A stretch of 31,676 nucleotides of DNA from Octopus sinensis (GCF_006345805.1 NW_021829663.1:1-31676), one strand, 5' to 3'; shown: positions 1 through 10,457, counted from the stretch's first letter. A program made the numbers and translations. The notes: generated from the sequence alone by a model not told the origin.

Positions 1-180
1 GTGAGTTCTTGGTAGGGTAGTAGAGGAAGAGGCTGATGAGGAAAGGGAGGACTTTTTTCTAAATTTAATTTAATTATTTAATCGTTACAGTTGAAAAGGT
101 CTGAAAATGACCGAAACCGGTACTGAAATGTTCACTTAAAATATTTTTTACCATTTTCTATTTTTGACTGTTTTTTCATA

Positions 181-259
<79 letters not shown>

Positions 260-290
260 TATATACGTATATATATATATATATGTAATC

Positions 291-373
<83 letters not shown>

Positions 374-608
374 CAACATATATAGTAAAATATGTTACAA
401 AAAGAAAATATAAAATACACGTGGAAATGTAAGTGTAAAATATGAAAAATCAACGAAAATGCATATTGCAAATAGAAAAAGGCTATTTATGACATGTAAC
501 GACAAATATATACATTTAGATTGACTGGGGTAGTAATACGAGTCATAAAAGTCATTATTATGAGATGATTATAAGATGATAATAAAGTAAGAGAACAAAA
601 CCTAAGCC

Positions 609-836
609 ATTAGCGTTCCCTCCTTAGGTTCAGGCATATTTATTTCTTTATTGTCCACAAGGGGCTAAACATAGTGGGGGACAAACAAGGGATTAGGTCG
701 ATTACATCGACCCTACTACGTAACTGGTACTTAATTTATGATGATGATGATTTCAAATTTTGGCACAAGGCCAGCAAGTTCGGGGGAAGGGATACGTTGA
801 TTACATTGACCCCTGTTCAACTGGTACTTATTTTAT
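609..836 (+). repeat. Local direct duplication, partner at 3665-3907 (RLE remnant end + two SINE fragments + (TGA)n)
   Basis: ATTAGCGTTCCCTCCTTAGGTTCAG...ACTGGTACTTATTTTAT aligns almost base for base with 3665-3907, including internal junctions; (TGA)n length differs. Confidence 0.9.
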
Positions 837-960
837 ATATATGTATATATATGTACACACACACACATCACGCGCGCACACAAACAAACACACACACACA
901 CACACACATACACACACATTACAGCTTTTATAGAGTTATTATAATATTATGATATTCTAA

Positions 961-1160
961 GGCGGCGAGTTGGCAGAAACGCTAGCACGCCGGGCGAAAT
1001 GTTTAGCGGTCTGTCTTTACGTTCTGAGGTCAAAGTCCGCCGAAGCCAACTTTGTCATTCGGGGTCGATAAAATAAGTACCAGTTGCGTACTGGGGTCGA
1101 TCTAATCGACTGGCTCCCTCCGCCAAAATTTCTGGCCTTGTGCTAGAGTAGAAAAGAATA
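961..1160 (+). mobile_element. tRNA-derived SINE, family S1 (GGCGGCGAGTTGGCAG head)
   Basis: A-box-like TGGCAGAAACG, B-box-like GAGGTCAAAGTCC and core GGGGTCGATAAAATAAGTACCAGTT; homologous copies at 17703-17916, 29780-29990, 21300-21430, 16860-16985 and 3820-3945. Confidence 0.8.
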
Positions 1161-1401
1161 TTGTTATGTTCTACATTTAGTATCAAGTACATTTTATGTG
1201 TTCTTGCTTTTCACCACAACCTCAGAATGTAGTTCTCCATACATGCATTCATATATGTATGTATAGATAGATAGATATAGATGTGTGCGTGTGTGTATGT
1301 ATGTGTGTGTGTGCAATAATAGCATACATGTATGTGTATGTACGTACACATACACACATACATATATATGTGCGTACATATATGTGTATATATATACATA
1401 C

Positions 1402-1433
<32 letters not shown>

Positions 1434-1828
1434 GTATACACACATATATTATTACATACATGAATATAAATGCATGTATATGTTTGTATGCACGCACACA
1501 CATACACACACGCGCGCGCGCGCACACACACACACACATACACACAGGTATGTATTATACATCGGTTCAATGAGATTCATTCCCATTTTCCCAATGGATG
1601 GAAAAGGCATTTTTTCGAGGGAAGCAAGTATTTCATATCTTACATCTAAAATATTTTTTCCATTATATTTATTGTATAAATTGGAAAAGTAAAAGGGAAA
1701 ATTAACCTATATTGTTCTATCTGTGCTAGTTATCAATTTAAAAATAAAGACCGTATGAAAAACTGCAAGACAAAAACCTTTCAAAAAGTACGCGAATCCC
1801 ATTGTATAAATGTAGTGACAGAAAATGA

Positions 1829-1907
1829 ACTTCCGCCTTGATCTGTGCGAGGTTATTGCGTACGATATATCTGCCGCCATTTTGAACGCAAACAAACGCA
1901 GGTTTGT
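1829..1907. promoter_or_regulatory. Possible housekeeping-type promoter / first exon (ETS and YY1 motifs, CpG cluster)
   Basis: ACTTCCGCC (ETS-like) at 1829-1837, GCCGCCATTTTG (YY1 consensus) at 1873-1884, donor-like CAG|GTTTGT at 1899-1907, about 9 CpG in about 110 bp of non-repeat DNA. Confidence 0.3.
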
Positions 1908-2039
1908 ATTTTATATTCCTGTTGTATGTGTTCATATAACGGTTTAACTCACTGGACTATGGCCATGCTTTGGCACAACACATGAGTAGAGCGAATCATA
2001 TATGCAGTGATGTTTCTTTTTCTATGTTATAATAAAGAC

Positions 2040-2450
2040 ATTATAACATACATTACATTAATTCGGGGGATTACTCAATATATTTATGTTGATAGTAACT
2101 TCAAAGTTTGGTCCGGGTAAGCCATCATCGGACTGTAATTCATTTACGTTGCTCGTGGCTCTATATAGACTCTGTAAAGTTAAAATCTATGGTACTCTGG
2201 GTTCTGTTGACTCGTAGTTATGCTAGGTTGTAGTGTCAAACTGGTATGGATAATTTATATTGACTATATTCGGGGAAGCTCCTAATTGTTAGAATTTATT
2301 CATGCATGTGTATGTTTAGGTGTGTCGTCTTCGGGTCATAGTTGTTCGCAAAAAGATGCAGTTAGGTTGCTGGATATCAGATCTTTCGATTGGTTTGGCT
2401 GTTGTTGGAACTATTTAGGTATTAATGAAATACTTATTTTTGGTTTCAGA
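2040..2450 (-). mobile_element. Probable Penelope-like terminal-repeat remnant with decayed hammerhead motif
   Basis: Hammerhead-shaped motif at 2094-2134 (minus strand); boundaries and family assignment are approximate. Confidence 0.35.
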
Positions 2451-2661
2451 ATGTGAAGTATGCACACACACACACACACACACACACATTTGGTGTGTAT
2501 GTATATATATGTGTTGTATGAGTGTGTGTGAGTGCGTGTGTGTGTGTGTGTGTGTGTGTTTTGTTACAGACAAATACATACACACTCATTTGGTATAACT
2601 GTAGTTAAGGAGCTCTCATTGCAAACAACTGTTCGGATTCCTAGTATCTTCTACTATACAT

Positions 2662-2692
<31 letters not shown>

Positions 2693-2701
2693 TACATACA
2701 T

Positions 2702-2732
<31 letters not shown>

Positions 2733-2995
2733 GACACATACATACATACATACATACATACATACATACATACATACGTACACTGTCCCTAGAAGTATTT
2801 AGTTATTGATAGCAAACCACAGAATACATAAGTCAGAAATGGCCCTCCTAGACACACGAGGCTCTCAGGCAAATGCCTAGCGGGTCCAGACTTTAAGGCA
2901 GCATAAACAAACATGTATGTATGTATGTGTATGTGCATGCATGTGTAAGTGTGTGTATGTATTTATGTATGTATATGTGTGTATGTATATATTTA

Positions 2996-3174
2996 CGTGG
3001 CTGTGTGGTAAGTAGCTTGCTTACCAACCACATGGTTCCGGGTTCAGTCCCACTGCGTGGCATCTTGGGCAAGTGTCTTCTACTATAGTCCCGAGCCGAC
3101 CAAAGCCTTGTGAGTGGATTTGGTAGACGGAAACTGAAAGAAACCCGTCGTATATATGTATATATATATATATG

Positions 3175-3220
<46 letters not shown>

Positions 3221-3470
3221 TATATAATATATATATATATCTATATATATATATCTGTATGTATGTGTGTGTGTTTTGTCCCACCAACATCGCTTGACAA
3301 CCGATGCTGGTGTGTTTACGCCCCTGTAACTTAGCGGTTCGGCAAAAGAGACCGATAGAATAAGTACGAGGCTTACAAAGAATAAGTCCTGGGGTCGATT
3401 TGCTCGACTAAAGGCGGTGCTCCAGCATGGCCGCAGTCAAATGACTGAAACATGTAAAAGAGAAAAGAAA
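2996..3470 (+). mobile_element. tRNA-derived SINE, family S2, with internal (TA)n/(TG)n
   Basis: A-box TGGCTGTGTGG, B-box GGTTCAGTCCC, TTGGGCAAGTGTCTT core, internal microsatellite, 3' tail CAGTCAAATGACTGAAAC; second copy split at 6648-6900 and 7383-7545; tail fragment near 25900-25955. Confidence 0.85.
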
Positions 3471-3505
3471 GTAATATGTATATGTACGTATGTATTTATG
3501 TATGT

Positions 3506-3695
3506 TCTTCTCTTTCTCTTTTTAATTTAGAGTCAACTTTGACCGGCCGCCTACTTGGTTGCAAGGTTGCGAAAGAAAACATTGTTTTAACCAGCTTCCT
3601 TTAAGTCTTAAGAAGGTCTTACAGATCTTTATCGTTCCAGATATCGCGATCATTTGAATTAGGGATTAGCGTTCCCTCCTTAGGTTCAGCCATAT
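3506..3695 (-). mobile_element. 3' remnant of RLE-type non-LTR retrotransposon (copy A), 3' end abutting (CATA)n
   Basis: Minus strand reads ER*SLIQMIAISGTIKICKTFLRL; homologous to 4094-4321; aligns with the in-window R4 C-terminus IQKIVLMGTAHILRKIL. Confidence 0.55.
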
Positions 3696-3793
3696 TTATT
3701 TCTTTATTGTCCACAAGGGGCTAAACATAGAGGGGGACAAACAAGGGATTAAGTCGATTACATCGACCCTAGTACGTAACTGGTACTTAATTT

Positions 3794-3824
<31 letters not shown>

Positions 3825-4093
3825 CAAATTTTGGCACAAGGCCAGCAAGTTTGGGGGAAGGGATACGTTGATTATATTGACCCCTATTCAACTGGTACTT
3901 ATTTTATCAACCCCGAAAGGATGAAAAGCAAAGTCGACATCGGCTATGACTAGCTATGGCTTCTACCATACTGTGGGTTCTTATCTCCTTGTCCTCGTCG
4001 TTAACCTTTCGATGGATCTCGTTATACAGTGCATGTATGTATGTATGTATGTATGTATGTATGTATGTATGTATGTATGTATGTTATGTATGT

Positions 4094-4321
4094 CCTCTTT
4101 CTGTTTTTCCTTCAATTAAAGTGAATTGCGACCGACCATCTACATGGTAGCATGGTTGGTCTAGAAAGTGTCTTCTTTTAACCATCATCCTTCAAATCTT
4201 AAGATTGTCTTACAGATTTTTATAATCCCAGATATCGTGATCATTTGTAGTGTATGAATTAAGGATTTGCGTTCTTTCCCCAAGAACCCATATTCAGCCA
4301 TACTTTACTGTAGACCTGTTG
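4094..4321 (-). mobile_element. 3' remnant of RLE-type non-LTR retrotransposon (copy B), embedded in (CATA)n
   Basis: Minus strand reads SMAEYGFLGKERKSLIHTLQMITISGIIKICKTILRFEG* (stop at 4185-4187) plus about 90 bp 3' UTR; (TATG)n on both sides. Confidence 0.55.
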
Positions 4322-4740
4322 ATGTATGTATGTATGCATGTATGCTTGTATGCATGTATGTATGTATATATGTATGTATGCATGTATGTATGTATGTATG
4401 TATGTATGTATGTATGTATGTATGTATGTATGTATGTATGTATGTATGTGTGTGTGTGTGTATGCATGTATGTATGTATGCATGTATGTACGTACGTAGG
4501 CACATGTATGCTGAAATTGTTGATCTGCTTTTGCGTTCCCTTACATTTTTCGAAATCTGGTCATCGAACTGCAAACACATTTCGACTAATGTACCACTAA
4601 ATAAACATCCCGTTGTGTAAGATGACATCCAGTCCACTCCTGGTTCCTGAAGCACTCCAAAAACAGAATTTTGTACCTATTTAAATATTATAGAGAAATA
4701 ATTTTTTTTCTATTGATTGAAAAGAAAAACAATAAAAAAA

Positions 4741-5087
4741 AACAAGAGCACTCATAGAGCGCAAACCTTCGCCAAGGTAACACTAACGTCCTCTCAGCGA
4801 TTAGCCAGAGATAATTTTTTAAATGAGAATATCTAAAATAAACTCGACTGCTCCCACAAACGAGAATACTAAATTTGAACCCGACCGCTCTCAAAAATTA
4901 AGTAAAAAAACAAGAAAAATAATTCAGAATCTTTGTCCGGTACCGGATCGATCAACCAAAAATCTAATCAGTTCGTGCCAGTCTCGAGGCCAAACATCCC
5001 AGAAAGTTTCATCCAATTCCATCCAGTGGTTCTTGAGATATCTTGTCCACAGACAAACATGTCTGAAAACAATACTGCCTGAGGTTA
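4741..5087 (-). mobile_element. Non-autonomous Helentron-type element (HINE), copy 1
   Basis: Reverse-complement homologue of 28750-29122; terminal hairpin GCACTC-ATA-GAGCGC, sub-TIR-like AACCTTCGCCAAGG, T-rich flank. Confidence 0.6.
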
Positions 5088-5334
5088 CCGTGGTCTTTTC
5101 CGTAGGCTTTTTTTTCTACGGATAAACCTAATCTTGCTTTTTACATTTTTAAAATTCTTCTGTGATACACGATCCCTTTTGATCGCCTTTTCTTTTTTTC
5201 CGATCCCTTTTGATCGAAATTTTACTTTTTTTCTCTTTTTTCTCCTTTTTGTTTTTCATTTTCGAAAAGAAAATCTCTACATTTGAATTTGTCCCCTCTG
5301 TGTTTAGCCCTGTGTGGCTAATAAAGAAAGTTGC

Positions 5335-5609
<275 letters not shown>

Positions 5610-5689
5610 GTTATATACACATGCATGCACACATACTCACACATGCTCACATATAATATCCAACTATTCTATTGATATAACTATGCCCG

Positions 5690-6640
5690 TTCACTGAGAT
5701 TCCCTGCATTCAAGCGACTTCGTTGACTTTTGCATAACACACAGAAAGAAACCTGCTTTTCTGAAATTATGAGCAATCGTTTTCCGGATGAAAAACTCCG
5801 AATTTTCGATCATATTAACTTGTGCGCGACCGACGAAAAAACCCCAAGTTTTCTTTGAAGACTCATATTTTTGAATAACCGTCGAAGCCCATATCTCTAA
5901 AATCGATTACCTGGATATAACTCTTTACTTTTCTGATTTTCTTTATTACTCGTAACACAAACGTAATGAAACTCTTTATTATATCCGCAGATATTCGAAC
6001 CACTCAATGCATATTATTTAAAACATGATATCGAACATCTCGTATTGGCTTTCTCAACTACCGAAGAAAACTTCCACAATGTGTCTCAATATTTCAACAA
6101 GGTTTGACCAAAACTTTCAAAGTCTAAAACCTCAAAACTTCAAGCATATGACATTTCTAAATTTAGTGAATATAATAAAACTAGTAAGTAGCAAAGCCCC
6201 AACGTATGCCACACTGTAGCTATGTTTCTAACAACTGCCCTTTAGATTTTAACAGCATAACTCAGAATGTTCTGTACCAATATTTGGTTTCTAATAAAGA
6301 TAACAATATAGCATAGGTCGGTATGACCTAAAACCAATTTAAATCAAGAATATATTTGGTCGTACATTCTTTTATAAACACGATAAAAGTAAACTCCTTT
6401 GGTTTCATATATGTGGTCGTTAAAGAGTAATTCAAATCGATATCAGCTTAAAGGCGCGTACTTTTTAAAACTAAAGCATATTAAGAATACTTTCGCCTGT
6501 TATCTTTATATACCAGAGGGTTTCCATATTCCTTCTCATTCAAATGTCATTCAGAGATTTCATTCTCTATTTACAGAAAATTCAAGTCCTTTAGATCTTA
6601 CTAGCCGACCCATTTCCTGAATTACTATCATGCAAAATAT
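5690..6640 (+). pseudogene. Penelope-like element fragment: RT C-terminal part plus GIY-YIG endonuclease, many stops and frameshifts
   Basis: Translated pieces ITVEAHISKIDYLDITL, ETLYYIRRYSNH, STTEENFHNVSQYFNK, CPLDFNSITQNVLYQ...*VGMT*NQFKSR and LVSYMWSLK match the PLE RT thumb and GIY-YIG pattern in the expected order. Confidence 0.75.
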
Positions 6641-7039
6641 TTAAACATTGTGTGGTAAGAAGCTTGCTTCCCAAAAACATGACTCTGGGTTCAGTCCCAC
6701 TGTCTGGCACCTTGGGCAAGTGTCTTGCTTTTTACATTTTTAAAATTCTTCTGTGATACACGATCCCTTTTAATCACCTTTTCTTTTTCTTCTGATCATT
6801 TTTTATCCAAGTGTATTCTACTATATCCTCGTGTCAATCAACGCCTTGTGAATGGATTTGGTAGACGGAAACTGAAAGAAGTCCGTCTTATATATATATA
6901 TATAGACAGACATATATATATAAAATGGATCTACAACTTCAATATCCCTACATATCTTACATCTATTTTCTTTCTTCCACCTCACTCTCTATTTTGTATC
7001 CTATCTAAACTAACTATTACTTAACCATCCTCTCACACC

Positions 7040-7091
7040 GTCTCCGATGAAGAGATACAATTAATAAATATCCTGGAAACAGCTGTAAGAC
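7040..7091 (+). ncRNA. Degenerate type I hammerhead ribozyme motif
   Basis: Stem I GTCT/AGAC; core CCGATGA (U4C); stem II GATA/TATC; GAAA; palindromic stem III ACAGCTGT; GUA triplet. Confidence 0.55.
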
Positions 7092-7185
7092 CTTCTATCT
7101 ATAAATGTTCTATCTACACAGCCTTGGTTTTTTTTATCTCATTACGCAAAAAATTCTTATATATATATATATATATATATTATAA

Positions 7186-7372
7186 ATCACGCGACTATTG
7201 CGGCTGTTACTTTCCAAAACCTCTCATAGATATAACTAAAACCTATAAAATATAAATACCTATCGGCCGCAGAAACCCGCGATATACTGAGGAGTCCGTG
7301 ATATAAATTTACATATATTAACCAGGAAAAATCCGCGATGTACTGAGTGCGCGATAGATGAACTGTATATGT
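7186..7372. mobile_element. Fragment of a pogo/Tigger-like MITE
   Basis: Repeated CCGCGATATACTGA / CCGCGATGTACTGA subterminal motifs; no complete TIR pair. Confidence 0.3.
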
Positions 7373-7801
7373 ATAAATTTATGTATGTGTGTGTTTTTGT
7401 GTCGGTGTTTGTCCCACCCACCATCGCTTAAGAACCGATGTTGGTGCGTTTACGTCCCAGTAACTTAGCGGTTGAACAAAAGACCGATAGAATAAGCACT
7501 CCAGCTTGGCCGCAGTTAAATGACTGAAACAAGTAAAGGAATGAAAAATAAAAGAATATCTTTTATACAATTCCTAATACTATTTAATCCTAAAAAGATA
7601 ATAGGAGATTCTAAACATCGAATGGCCATTGAAAGTACACCTCCAGTGAGTAAAATTAGAATCAAAGGAATCTATAATCTCAAAAAATGTTTGAGAATCA
7701 CTAATCTAATGCTTTTTTACTTCACATTCTAAGTATTTACGAAACGGCTTCATCATCCTCACGTACTTATAGATTTTAGGAAACATAAATAAAAATCCTC
7801 T

Positions 7802-8116
<315 letters not shown>

Positions 8117-8118
<2 letters not shown>

Positions 8119-8289
8119 GCGGGGTTCGAATCTCAGACCGGGCGATGTGCGTGTCTATGAGCGAAGCACCTAAGCTCCACGCGGCTCTGGCAGAAGATAA
8201 TGGCGAACTTCTGCTGACTCGTTCACCACAAGTTTCTCTCACTTTTTTATCTCTTGCAGCTCACCTGCGACGCACCGGCGTCCCGTCCA

Positions 8290-8290
<1 letters not shown>
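8117..8290 (+). mobile_element. 5'-truncated tRNA-derived SINE
   Basis: B-box GGTTCGAATCT; body GAGCGAAGCACCTAAGCTCCACG...TTCACCACAAGTTTCTCTCAC shared with 27580-27944; ends in CTGCGACGCACCGGCGTCCCGTCC. Confidence 0.65.
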
Positions 8291-8358
<68 letters not shown>

Positions 8359-8401
8359 TATCTACTATCTATCTATCTATCTATCTATATATATATATAT
8401 A

Positions 8402-8659
8402 GTGACGATATTTGCCATTTAAATTTGGCTAACCCCTAAGGGTGGATGCTACTGTAGTTTGTAGCCCCAGGAGGACACCTTCCCCAGCTGACTATAGACC
8501 ACTTTCTGTGCCCTATCAGTATTTGGCTTCCCTTTGCAAATACTGATAGGGCACAGAAAGTGTGTCTATAGCCAGCTGGAGGAGGTGTCCTGGGGTTACA
8601 AACTACAGTAGCATCCACCCTTAGGGGTTTGCCATATTTAAATGGCAAATATACGTCAC
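8402..8659. mobile_element. 258-bp near-perfect palindromic (foldback/MITE-like) element
   Basis: The left arm GTGACGATATTTGCC...CCCTATCAGTATTTG is the reverse complement of the right arm CAAATACTGATAGGG...GGCAAATATACGTCAC, with a loop of about 10 nt. Confidence 0.8.
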
Positions 8660-8987
8660 GATGTGTTGTAGCTACTGTTTATAACTCGCTCTGAGATTTA
8701 TTATTGCTTATATATATATATATAATTTACATATGCTGGCCATTGATAACATTTTTTTCCCGAAAAAAATTTTTTATCCTACATTAGTTATATATATATA
8801 ACTTCGCCAGGAAGAACTACGCAAAATACCACTAAGTACACACCTAGCTACTTGTGGAGAAGGAAAATTTAAGATATTTCCCTTCTACAAATGTCCGAAG
8901 AACGACACTTCTTTCAGGAGGAATATGGAAAAATATTTCATAGCTAAGTTCTCCCCCAAATTAAATGGCTGAAACTTTACTCATCAT

Positions 8988-9550
8988 ACATTGAAGGACA
9001 AATCTTTCTATTTACAATATAATATAGTAGAACATTTAATATGTGTGTGTATATATATATATGTGTGTGTCTATATATAAAGCCTGTTATATACATTATA
9101 TTATTTTTGTAATTCACTTGATCTTTACTTGCCAATTGTCATTCTAATTTTAACCTTCCAATGATATGCAATTCTCAAGATGGTGTAATTTGATTGTTCA
9201 TTTTGAATCGATAGAATGTGTTTTTTTCTAATATTTCATGTATAAGCATGTATATATGTATAGTGACATTGAAGGACACATCTTTCGATTTACAATCTAA
9301 TATAGTAGAACATTTAGTATATGTCTGTATATGTATATATATATGTGTGTGTGTATATATATATATTGCCTGTTATATACATTATATTATTTTTATAATT
9401 TACTTCATCTTTACTTTTTAATTGAAACTTTAATTTTAACTTTCCTATGATATACAATTTTCAAGATGGTGTAATTTAGTTGTTCATTTTGAACCGATTA
9501 AAGGTTTTTTTTCAAATATTTCATGTATAAGCGTGTATATATATATAGTG
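8988..9550 (+). repeat. Tandem duplication, 2 units of about 278 bp
   Basis: ACATTGAAGGACA...CATGTATAAGC...TAGTG recurs at 8988 and 9266; moderately diverged. Confidence 0.9.
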
Positions 9551-10318
9551 GTATAAATATGAACACAATTTTTTCCCCTTGCTCCCTTATTTTTATTTTT
9601 ATTTTTTTGTCTCTCTCCCCTTCTCCAAACACATAGACACACGCACACGCACATACACACGCACGCACACACACACACAAACACACACGGACGTACACAC
9701 AGACACACTCACAGATACACACACACACCTCCACAATACGATCATAAAAAGTGGAAAGAATTCTTAAACCCAAAAAAGCATTTGACCATTCTCACAATGA
9801 TAAAAGGAAATATAATTTATGGCCTACCTCCCCGCCACCACACACTCAGTGACACTGTGAAGTGGTCAAAGCTGAAATTCTTAGACACCCCTTGGAGTCA
9901 ATATTCTGTCCAGCAAACCCAAAAAATTCTTTCCTTCTTCTTCCCTCTCCTTTCCCCTCTTTCTCTTTAGCACTTACCTCAGATACAAACACACACACAC
10001 ACACATACACATACACATATACATACACACATGTTCTCTCTCTCACTTTCTCCTCATCCACCTCACCCTCTTGTACTGTCTTATATTCCTCCCCACCACT
10101 ACGAAACTCTATAAAATGATCAAAATTCCCCACAAAGGAACTTATTTTGATTTGAAAACCCCACTAGAATGGGGGAAAGCGCTAATGATCTAAGTGATAT
10201 GATATATATATAAAAAATGTAATATATAAATAAATATCTGTAAATATAAACCATCCGATCTTCTGATTACCTCATTTCTTCTAATATATATATATAATAT
10301 ATAATATATATATATATT

Positions 10319-10377
<59 letters not shown>

Positions 10378-10402
10378 GTATATATATATGTATATATATA
10401 TG

Positions 10403-10452
<50 letters not shown>

Positions 10453-10457
10453 GTATA

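Larger units (their letters stand above)
6648..7545 (+). mobile_element. Family S2 SINE split by three nested insertions
   Basis: 5' half at 6648-6900 (GTGTGGTAAGAAGCTTGC...GGTTCAGTCCC) and 3' half at 7383-7545 match 2996-3470. Confidence 0.75.

Noticed and set aside
33-44. CTGATGAG-GAAA hammerhead core words
   Set aside because: No stem II between the boxes and no stem III or stem I pairing.
2440-2465. Possible 8-nt micro-exon TTTCAG|AATGTGAA|GTATGC
   Set aside because: It sits at a repeat/microsatellite junction, encodes ATG-TGA only and has no supporting context.
4823-5125. Similar ORFs of about 100 aa in the two HINE copies (4823-5125 + and 28748-29047 -)
   Set aside because: They agree only up to KKT and then use different frames, so the reading frame is not conserved; the similarity reflects shared non-coding repeat DNA.
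9765-9850. KKAFD peptide resembling an RT motif
   Set aside because: An isolated five-residue match with no neighbouring RT motifs in any frame.
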